Origin: Camelus dromedarius
Taxonomy: Eukaryota
Length of the DNA: 64,000 nt
NCBI RefSeq assembly: GCF_036321535.1
Contig: NC_087436.1
Span: 25,608,001 to 25,672,000, forward strand
Reading direction: 5' to 3'
Below the pieces are notes generated by a model that was not told the DNA's origin, searched no databases, and saw nothing but the letters and a program-made list of their open reading frames with translations. The position numbers and the translations under genes are program-made. Of the stretch, positions 53,870 through 64,000 are shown in pieces (the stretch's first letter is position 1; the number at the start of each line of letters is the position of its first letter).

Positions 53870-55504
53870 TATCTAATGGAGTAAAAATATACTTTACTAT
53901 TTCATATAAAACTCACGGAGGATATTTCTCTCTCTCTCTCACAAAACGGTTTATAAATGAACCATAGGCCAAGATGTAGGAGTAGAGAGACTCACAGCTC
54001 ATCCTCTCCCACAAATACAACAAGAATTACATCTACAAACCCAATGAATTGCACAGAACACCTACTGAACTCTGGCAGAGTGTCTCTCGATTCGAAATTT
54101 AGGAGGATTTTCACAAAATCCAGTAAGAGAAAAAAGAAAAAAAAAGAAAAAAAATCAGTGAGGGAGTGATATAGGAAGAAAGGCACCATTACACTAGGAT
54201 GCGCATTCTTCAGTCAAGAGGTCAATGGGAACAGAAGCGGAGCTTCCAAGGCTTGGAGGACAAAGTGGTAGCCATTTGGCAGACAGAACTAAGGGAAACT
54301 TGGATGGATAGTCCCTGCGATCCTCAGCCCTACACATGAGCTGGCAGGGACAAACAGAGACTGACTGCTGGAGATCAGTGAGAAGTGCGGGGAGAGGGCT
54401 GGGGCCAACTGCAGAGGCAGCCTCAGGGGACTGAAGGGCAGTGTGAGCTCTGGCTGGGGGTGTGTGCAGAAGAGAACAGCCTGGGACTCCCATAAAAAAA
54501 GCACCACTGCTGGTGTGCATGGTGGGGAGGGGTGCAACGCAGCTGAGCCATAGCCATATTCTCGGCTTGGTTCCACTGACAAGAAAAGAGGTGGGGCTTG
54601 GTCATAGCCATCACTGCTGCAAGGAGGCGGCCCTGCGACTTCACAGGCGGGACTGAGATTTGCTTACAGCCCCAGGCAGACTGGGTGGATTTGTTCTCTC
54701 TGGACCTTTTATGGGACTTGTGCCTTGGGGATGAATAAACAGTGAGTGGAGTTCTGGTGGACGACAGGGGTGAGTACGTATATTTATAATAGGCCAGTAT
54801 ACCGTATTGTATGTGGAGGCAGGTCTGGGGTCTGCACTGACCCTGTGACACATCACAGATTCAGGTATGTGACTGCACACTCACTATGGTGGGTCCTAGT
54901 GCCTGACATTGGCAGATCTGCACTGGTGGTTCTTGGGGTCCAGAATCTGGGGGACCCAGAGCTGGTGACTAACATTCCTGCGACTAAGGTAGGGGAAAAG
55001 GCAGCATCAACAAAGAGTACTTTGTAAGCCTGCATAACAAGTGACAGACACCACCAAAGAGGGCACTTCCCAGTGGACATCTCCTGCCGACTCTTCTTCC
55101 CAACTGAAGCACTCCAACCCTGCTTACCACACACTACAGCTCAGAAACAGGTCTAGAAGCCTCTATTCCAGCAACAAGGGAGAAGTCCTGGTCACTGTCA
55201 AGGCTGTGACAACCACAGAAGAAAAAAGGAGGCCCTGCTCAACAACAACAGTCAGGGTAGGCTCTGATCACCATGACACCAACCACACCCCCAATCAAAG
55301 GTATAACAGCCAACACACATGGAATAAAGATGTAGCAACCATCCATACTAAGAACAGCCCTTGCAAAAAAAAACTATTAGATGCAAAGTCTACCCAGGAA
55401 TGTTCCCACTTTAAATAAAAACAAACAAAAAATAAAACAGCCCCTCAAGACCACAGTAGATAACTGATACTTCTAATCCATACAGCCAGAGAAATACAAG
55501 TAAA

Positions 55505-56330
55505 ATGAAGAAGTTGAGGAACCACCCCCAATTAAAAGAACAAGAGAAGTCCCCTGAAAGAATGAACAATTAGATAGACCTCAAGAGTCTACTAGATCAT
55601 GACTTCAAAAGGTGATGATTAAAGCACTGAAGGAAATAAGAGAGACTATGAATAAAGAGACAGAGAATACTATGAAAAGGAAATAGAAGCTATAAAGAGG
55701 AGCCACTAGATGATGCAGAGGAATGAATAAGTAACTTAGAAGACAGGATAATAAAAGTCATTCAGAACAGCAGACAGAAAAGCAAGTAAAAACCAATGAA
55801 AGCAATATAAGGGACCTATAGGATAATACAGAGGGTGCCAACCCACACATAATAGGGGTCTCAGAAGGAGAAGAAAGAGAAAAGGGGATTGAAAAGGTAT
55901 TTGAAGAAATCACGATTGAAAACTTTCCAAACTTAAAGAAGGAAACAGATATCGAAGTACAGAAAGCACAGAGGGTCCCAAACAAGAAGAACACAAACAG
56001 ACCTACACCAAGACATATTATAATTAAGATGGCCAAAGTTAAACATAAAGAAATGATTCTAAAGGCAGCAAGATAAAAAGAGTTAGTTATAAGGGAACCT
56101 CCACAAGGCTCTCAGATGATTTCCCTACACAAATGCTGCTGGCAAGAAGGAACTGGCAAGATATATTCAAAGTCCTGAGTAAGAAAAATCTGCAACCTAC
56201 GATACTCTATCTGGCAAGACAATCCTTTAGAGTAGAAGGAGAAATAAAGAATTTCATGGACAATCAAAAACTAAATGAATTCAGCAATACTAAACCTATC
56301 CTAAAAGAAATACTGACAGGTCTACTCTAA
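55505..56330 (+). pseudogene. LINE-1 ORF1p, disrupted
   Basis: C-terminal ARRNWQDIFKVL..NLQPTILYLARQSFRVEGEIKNF..LTGLL*, and 'cctacaccaagacatattataattaagatg' (PTPRHIIIKM). Stops and frameshifts upstream. Start codon is inferred. Confidence 0.88.
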
Positions 56331-56738
56331 ATAGAAAAGAAGTAGGAAGCCACAGAAATGAGAAAACCATAAATGGAAATGTGATAACTGCAAAGAGTTA
56401 CAAGAGAATAAACATGTAGATATGAAAAAAAAAAAAGACCTCAAAATCATAAAAAGTGAGAGAGAGGAGCAAGAAAATACAGGTTTTTTTCTTTATTTTT
56501 TTTCATCATTCTTTTCAGGATGTGTTTGACCCTATCTATCATTCTAAAGCAATCAGATATACTAATGGGATAACATACTTAAAAAGCAGGGTAACAACAA
56601 ATCAAACATACAATAGTCACAAAAACCAAAAAGAAACCAAGCTAATACAAAAGAAAACTATCAAACTACAAAAAGAAGATCAAAAAGGAAAAATGAACAA
56701 AGAAGAAATATCAAATCAACTGGAAAACAAAGTTCAAA

Positions 56739-59700
56739 ATGGCTATAAACACACATCCATCAATAATTACTACAAATGTCAATGGACTAAATGATCTGAT
56801 CAAAAGACAGAGTGGCAGATTGGATAATAAAAAAAAAGCCTACAATATGCTGCCTATGAGACTCACTTTAGAGTGAAGGATACACATAGATTTAAAGTGA
56901 GAGGATGGAAAAAGATATTTCATGCAAATGGAAATGACAAGAAAACAGGAGTAGCAATATTCATACCAGACAAAACAGACTAAACCAAAGGCCATAAAGA
57001 GAGATAAAGAAGGACACTATATAATGATCAAAGAGCAATACAAGATGAAGATATTACACTCATTTAACATATATGCACTCAATATAGGAGCACCTAATTA
57101 TATAAAACAAATACTAACAGACAGAAAGGGAGAAATTGATGGGAATATAATAATAGTAGGAGACTTTAACACCCCTCTGATATCACTGGATAGGTCTTCC
57201 AGACAGAAAATCAATAAGGCAATGGAGATACTAAATGATACAATAGAACAGTTGGATTTGGTTGATATTTTTAGGACATTACATCCCCCCAAAAGAGAAT
57301 ACGTATTATGTTCAAGTGCTCATGGAACATTCTCTAGGATAGACCACATACTCGGGCACAAAAGAAGCCTCAAAAAATTTAAGAGGATAGAAATTATTCC
57401 AAGCATCTTCTGCGACCACAATGGCATGAAACTAGAAATCAACCACAGGAAAACAAATGAGAAAAAAACAACAGCATGGAGACTAAACAACATGCTACTA
57501 AAAAAAAAATCAATGGACCAATGATGAAATCAAAGAAGAAATTAAAAAAATACCTTGAGACAAACGATAATGAAAACACAACCACACAAAATCTATGGGA
57601 TGCAGAAAAAGCAGTCCTAACAGGGACTTCCTCAAAAAAGAACAATCTCAAATAAACAACCTAACCTACCACCTAAAAGAAGTAGAAAAAGAAGAAACAA
57701 AATCTAAAGTCAGCAAAGGGAAAGAAATAATAAAGATCAGAAATAAATAAAATTGAGATTAAAAAACAATAAAAAAAAATCAAATCCAAACAAGAGCTGG
57801 TTTTTTGAAAGAGTAAACAAAATTGACAAACCTCTGGCCAGACTCCCCAAGACAAGAGAGAGGACACAAACAAAATAAGAAATGAAAATGGATAGATTAA
57901 AACCAACACCACAGAAAAACAAACAAAATCATAAGAGAATACTATGAACAACTATATGGCAATAAATCGGACAACTTAGAAGAAATGGGCACGTGTCTAA
58001 AAACATACAGTCCACCAAAAATGAATCAAGAAGAAACAGATCATTTGAACAGACCAATCACTAGAAGTGAAATAGAATCAGCAATAAAAAACATCCCTGC
58101 AAACAAAAGTCTAGGACCAGATGGCTTCACTGGGGAACTCTATCAAACAACAAAGAAGAGCTCATACTGATCCTACCCAAACTCTTCCAAAAGACTGAAG
58201 AGGAGGTAATACTCTCAAACTCATTCTATGAAGCCACCATCACCCTGATACCAAAGCCAGACAGATACTACAAAAAAAGAAAACTACAGGCCAATATCAT
58301 TGATGAACACATATGCAAAAATCCTCAACAAAATATTAGCAAACAGAATCCAACAACACATAAAAAGATTATACACCATGATCAAGTTGGAATCATCCCA
58401 GGGACACAAGGATAGTTCAACATACGCAAATCAATCAATGTGATCCAACACATCCACAAAAGAAAAGGACAAAAACCACATGATCATCTCAATAGATGCA
58501 GAAAAAGCATATGATAAAATTCAACACCAATTTATGATAAAAACTCTTACCAAACTGGGTATAGAGGGAACATATCTCAACATAATAAAAGCTATTTATG
58601 ACAAACCTACAGCCAGCATAATACTCAATGGTGAAAAGCTAAAAGCCTTCCCACTAAAATCTGGAACCAGACAAAGATGCATACTCTCACCACTTCTAAT
58701 CAGTATAGTATTGGAAGTCCTAGCCATAGCAATCAGAACAGAAAAAGAAATAAAAGGGATCTAAATTGGAAGAGAAGAGGTAAAACTGTCATTATATGCA
58801 GATGGCATGATACTATACATAGAAAACCCTAAAGATTCAACACAAAAACTTCTAGAGCCAATAAAAAAATTTAGCAAGGTAGCAGGATACAAGATTAACA
58901 TACAGAAGTCAGTGGCCTTTCCTTACACTAACAATAAAATATCAGAAAAGGAAAGTAAAGAAACAATGTCTTTTAAAATTGCACCCAAAATAATAAACTG
59001 CTTAGGAATAAATCTGACCAAGGAAGTGAAAGACTTATATGTGGAGAAATAGAAAATGCTGACTAAGGAAATTAAAGATGACTTAAAGAAATGGAAGGAC
59101 ATCCCATGTTCTTGGATTGGAATAATTAATATTGTTAAAATGGTCATACTACCCAAAGCAATCTACAGACTTAATGTGATCCCTATCAAATTACCCAGGA
59201 CATTTTTCACTGAACTAGAACAAATAATCCTAACATTTATACAGAATCACAAAAGACCCAAAATTGCCAAAGCAATACTGAGGAAAAAGAACAAAGCTGG
59301 AGGGATAACCCTCCCAGGCTTCAGACAATATTTCACAGCTATAGTAATCAAAACAGCATGGTATTGCCATAAAAAAGACACATGGATCAATGGAACAGAA
59401 TAGAGAGCCCAGAAATAAACCTACAGACTTTTGGTCAATTAATCTTTGACAAAGGATGCAAGAACATACAAAGGAGTAAAGACAGTCTCTTCAGAAAATG
59501 GTGCTGGTAAAACTGAACAGCTGAATGTAAATCAATGAATTTAGGCTACTCCCTCACATCATACACGAAAATGAACTCAAAATGGATTAAAGATTTAAAC
59601 ATAAGACAAGACACTATAAACCTCTTAGAAGAAAGCATAGGCAAAACATTATCTGACATAAATGTCAGCAACGTTCTCCTAGGGCAGTCTACCCAGCCAA

Positions 59701-60509
59701 TAGAAATAAAAGTGGACATAAACAGATGGCATCTAATTAAACTTACAAGCTTTTGCACAGCAAAGGAAACCATAAACAAATAGAAAGACAACCTACAGAA
59801 TGGGAGAAAATATTTGCAACAGATGAGACTGATAAGGGCTTAATTTCCAGAATATATAAACAGCTTATGCAACTTAATAAGAAAAAAACAAACAATCCAA
59901 CCCAAAAATGGGCAGAAGACCTAAACAAGCAATTCTCCAATGAAGACATACAAATGGCCAATAGGCACATGAAAAAATGCTCAATAGTGCTAATCATCAG
60001 AGAAATGCAAATCAAAACTACAACGAGGTATCACCTCACACCAGTAAGAATGGCCATCATTTAAAAGTCCACAAACAAATGCTGGAGAGGGTGTGGAGAA
60101 AAGGGAACCCTCCTACACTGTTGGTGGCAATGTAGTTTGGGGCAGCTGTTATGGAAAACCGTATAGAGATTCCTCAAAAGACTAAAACTAGACTTACCAC
60201 GTGACCCAGGAATCCCACTCCTGGGCATATATCCAGAAGGAACCCTACTTCAAAAAGACACCTGCACCCCAATGTTCATAGCAGCACTATTTACAATAGC
60301 CAAGACATGGAAACAGCCTAAATGTCCATCCACAGATGACTGGATAAAGAAGATGTGGTATATTTATACTATATTACTCAGCCATAAAAAATAATAAAAT
60401 AATGCCATTTGCAGCAACACGGATGGACCTGGAGATTGTCATTTCAAGTGACGTAAGCCAGAAAGAGAAAGCAAGATACCATATTATGTCACTTACATGT
60501 GCAATCTAA
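56739..60509 (+). pseudogene. LINE-1 ORF2p (endonuclease/reverse transcriptase), disrupted
   Basis: EN motifs NVNGLN, IIVGDFNTPL, FSRIDHILGHK, DHNG. RT motifs [18 protein letters not shown] and YADG (58795-58806). Many frameshifts and stops. Confidence 0.95.
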
Positions 60510-60833
60510 AAAATAAATAAATAAATAAACGAACTTATTTACAAAATAGAAACAGACCAGAGACATAGAATACAATTTTATGGTTACTGGGGCAAGGGAG
60601 GAGGTGAGAAAGGATAAACTGGGAGTTTGAGATTTGCAGATACTAATACATATAAAGTAGATAAACAACAAGTTCATACTGTATAGCACAGGGAACTATA
60701 TTCAATATCTTGTAGTAACTTATGGTGAAAAAGAATATGAAAGTGAATATATGTATGCCCATGCATGACTGACACATTACACTGTACACCCGAAATTGAC
60801 ACATTGTAAACTGACTATACTTTGATTGTTTTT

Positions 60834-60845
60834 ACACACACACAC

Positions 60846-60890
<45 letters not shown>
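60834..60890. repeat. Compound (CA)n(GA)n microsatellite at the L1 tail
   Basis: Direct reading. Confidence 0.95.
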
Positions 60891-62339
60891 AACATTAAAA
60901 GAGAGAAATGAACCATAAAGAACAGTATGAGGTAGAAATTTAGGAAGCATAGGAAACATTCCCCACCTCCATTTCCACACAAGAGATGTATGTTGATAGC
61001 ATTTATTTAGTTTCACCACAGTCATAATAATCTGAGTTCAGGTCAGTAACTTCTCTGTCTATTTAAGACTGGTTGGTTTGGAATGCTGGTAGAAACTAAG
61101 CTAGCCAAGTGTCACTGTGAGATTCTCAGAGGTAATGCTAGCAGCCCAGGAGCCTTCTTACAAAGCAACAAGGATAGCTTGATGCTTGAGTGAAATTACA
61201 CAGGGATTTTTTTTTCTCATCTATCTCTGAAAGTATGTATTTGAATCTACTCTGTGCAGCACTCACAGCCCTATTTTCCTTTCCACGTTGGGAAACACAC
61301 TATTCTCTGCAGACTACTTATTGGAGGAAAGAGGCCTTTGGGGTACACCTAAATTAATTATGTATATGGAGAGGAAATGTGGAGGTTTGAAAGTGGAGAG
61401 GGGGACATTAGAATAGTCTCATACTAATATTTAGTATTAATAACACCCCAGTGTACCAAAGTTAAATCACTCAGCTTCTAAAACAGTTGTTTTTGTGTTT
61501 TCCCTAGTGCAAAAAACTTCTCATCCTAGGAAATTTCTTTCCTCAAGCCAATTCCCACCCTCCCCCCCCAAAAAAAAGCCACAGCAGGGGAATCTTCAAG
61601 GGGATTTTTCCCTAGAATAAAATATTCAGTGAAAGGAATTAACTTGCCCTGAGTCAATCCCAGGATGAATTGTTACTTTTTAATATATAAAAATGTGCTT
61701 TAACTCAATCCAAGATTTTCAGGGTTCCTGGGGTCTAACCATAGCCCTGTAGGCCTAGAGTTATCTCAATAATTAAGATACTTCTGAGGAGAAAAGCAGA
61801 GGAGATGGGATAATTATGCTTCAAATGGAGTCTAAGAGCAGAATTAGACACTTGGGCTGGTGTAAGCCCTAGCAAACCTGATGCTAGAGTTTTCCTCCAT
61901 AGACAAGTTTATGATCCAGTCTCTTAAAGGGAGTAAGACAGGTGAATCACAGTGCAATTCCACACCTGTTAATTTGAAGAGAGTGGTCTTTTCTGTTCAT
62001 TCTAGTGACACAGTATTGAGATGGCAAAGTATAAATGCGATCAGTTCAACATCTGTGCTCTAGAACTTCTTAATTTTAGAAACAGAAAGGAGATCATTCC
62101 TTTTACCTGCACTCAAAGTCAAAAATCTTGGCTCAGTAATTAAGCAATGGATTAAAGTGAAATATCTGTGAGCCCCTCTGCATTCTCTTTTTAATATCTA
62201 TTCCTGTTTCTTTTCCTTCTTCCTCTTCCTCCTCTGTCTCTTAGTCCTCCTTTGTCTTCCTGCCCTGCTGCTGTTGCTATTCCCCCTCTGCCTCCATCTT
62301 AGATACCAATGGAGAAACGGATATGAGGGAGATTATACC

Positions 62340-62635
62340 GGCAGTTTCTCTGATCCGAAGCCCTCCTTGGCTGATGGCAGTGTAACTCTAATCTTTACCT
62401 TCACCTTCACATGCCCTCCCTGTTTCAGTCTTACTGTGGGGTTTTTCTTATAAGGCACCAGCCACTGAACTTAGCACCCACCCTAAATCCAGGACGATGT
62501 CATCTCAAGATCCTTAACTTAAATCTGCAAAGGTCCTGTTTCCAAATAAGGTCACATTCACAGATACTGGGGGCTAGGACTTGGACATTTATTTTCTTTT
62601 GCTTGTCAGTGGGAGGAACACAATTTAACACAAAA
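62340..62635 (-). mobile_element. Partial MaLR LTR (MLT1C-like)
   Basis: 'cccaccctaaatccaggacgatgtcatctcaagatccttaactt...tctgcaaaggtcctgtttccaaataaggtcacattcacagatactggggg'. Confidence 0.85.
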
Positions 62636-64000
62636 CGGCAAGTAATAACAAAATACTAAAAGATAAGCCTTTTTCTAAGTGCTGCTTTACTAGTTAGGTT
62701 TTTACTTCCCCCTGAAACAGTTCTCATGTCATAAACACCAGTACTTACATTAACCAGAACCTGCCAGAGAAATGCACTTTGGGCACACTTCATCCACAGA
62801 TTCAAAGAGAAAAAAAAAAAAAAAAAAAAAGGAGCAGGGAAACAAAACCCCTAAAGCTTAGATGCTCTTCTTAGCCATTGATTCAAAAAGTGTACGTGGA
62901 TAAATTCTCAGAAATCTCAAAAATAAAATATCCATGGATAAATTGTCAGAAATAAATCATATTTATTCTGTACATATTCCTACCTTAATCTCCAAAGAAC
63001 TTGAAAGGCCTTGCAAAAATAATGTCAGACAATAAACTTAAATGAAGAAAAGCAAAACAATTCAAAAGCAGAACATGGATGTTTGAATATGACTAGAAAG
63101 TCAACAAAAGGGAAAAATAAGCTGATCATACATATGTTTTTTTCTTGTTTATGACCCTAAACGTTCTATATTTATGTTTGAATACTGAGTTAGCTCTTAG
63201 ATTTCTAGCAGTAAAAAGAGAATCAGTGTAATTAGCTATCAAACTTTTCAAGAGGAAAGTATTACTTCTCTCTCATCATGTAGTTATGCAAGTGGCTGAT
63301 CAAGTGGAAACTTAATGTAGAGAGGCACACATTTTCCAGAATTTTTTTCCATAGAAGGCAGAAGAATAATTTATTCTAAAAGATGGCAGAAATAAGAAAT
63401 CCATCCTGGAAATAAAGTTTGGTATAAGTCTGTTGGGACAGATCTGCCCTCTGAACATGTTCTCCTGTTGACTGCCTCACTGGAGTCTTGTACCAGTTCT
63501 TAAACTCTTTGCTGATTCCCCTGTTGTGAGCAGCCAGGAGCCATCCTCACATCCACAGGTTCCAAGTAGAGAGTAAAGTATTTCTTGGAAGAATAGCACT
63601 TTTGATTTCAGAAGAGTATATAAATGTTTTGTGGAGTTAGCACGGTTTAGGTTAATAGGCACATAACTCATCAGAGGGTAACAAAAGGTGACAGGAAAAA
63701 ATACTGCATTTTTGTAGAATACGATATTCAAATGTGGTATGAACATTTAAGGCAGCTGATAGACAAAATAGGTGAGTCAAGGAAGGTGATTTTGGCATGG
63801 AGACAATTTTGTATTGAGAGGGATTTCTTCATGACCTCAATTACTGTGCATTGGAAAGCAGGCCTTCTTCCTCAAGGCCAGTGATGCTAAGATTGTTTCA
63901 CTTTTCAACTGTGGTCCAAAGAGAGGGTTGAGTTGGGCCAGAACTGTAATCAGCCAAGAGAGATAGCAGCAAACTGAACAGGTCACCAACATGGTAATGA

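Larger units (their letters stand above)
53967..60905 (+). mobile_element. Full-length (~6.9 kb) inactivated camelid LINE-1
   Basis: 5' end ggccaagatg, GC-richer 5'UTR, ORF1, spacer, ORF2 and 3'UTR. Perfect 12-bp TSD aaatgaaccata at 53955-53966 and 60906-60917. Confidence 0.97.

Noticed and set aside
53957..55418. Dense cluster of ORFs on both strands
   Set aside because: Explained by the higher GC of the L1 5'UTR. No basis for calling an ORF0-like gene.
61758..61771. Y-RNA-like word gagttatctcaat
   Set aside because: Match is only about 13 nt with no flanking similarity.
1..64000. CRISPR arrays, operons, defence systems or another novel multi-gene system
   Set aside because: Mammalian noncoding DNA with no regularly spaced repeat-spacer array and no non-L1 coding cluster. 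The only RT and endonuclease present are the decayed L1 ORF2.

Overview
AT-rich, repeat-laden mammalian DNA that is intergenic or deep intronic. It is very probably from a camelid (camel, alpaca or llama), because it carries a vic-1-type tRNA-derived SINE. I can support no host protein-coding exon, RNA gene or CRISPR-like array. Every ORF with a recognisable product is a disrupted LINE-1 ORF1 or ORF2 piece. Main content: one full-length but inactivated L1 (53967-60905, perfect 12-bp target-site duplication, TSD) and three 5'-truncated L1s, all on the + strand. One of these appears to be a chimera with two 3' ends and another splits a MER20. The rest is MaLR and ERVL LTRs, DNA-transposon relics, old L1M/L2/MIR fragments, microsatellites and a few repeat-poor, motif-dense stretches that may be enhancers. 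I did not find a convincing novel biological system. The best leads concern transposon mechanics and candidate cis-regulatory elements. Repeat subfamily names are recalled from memory of consensus sequences and need RepeatMasker/Dfam confirmation. Boundaries of old elements are approximate.
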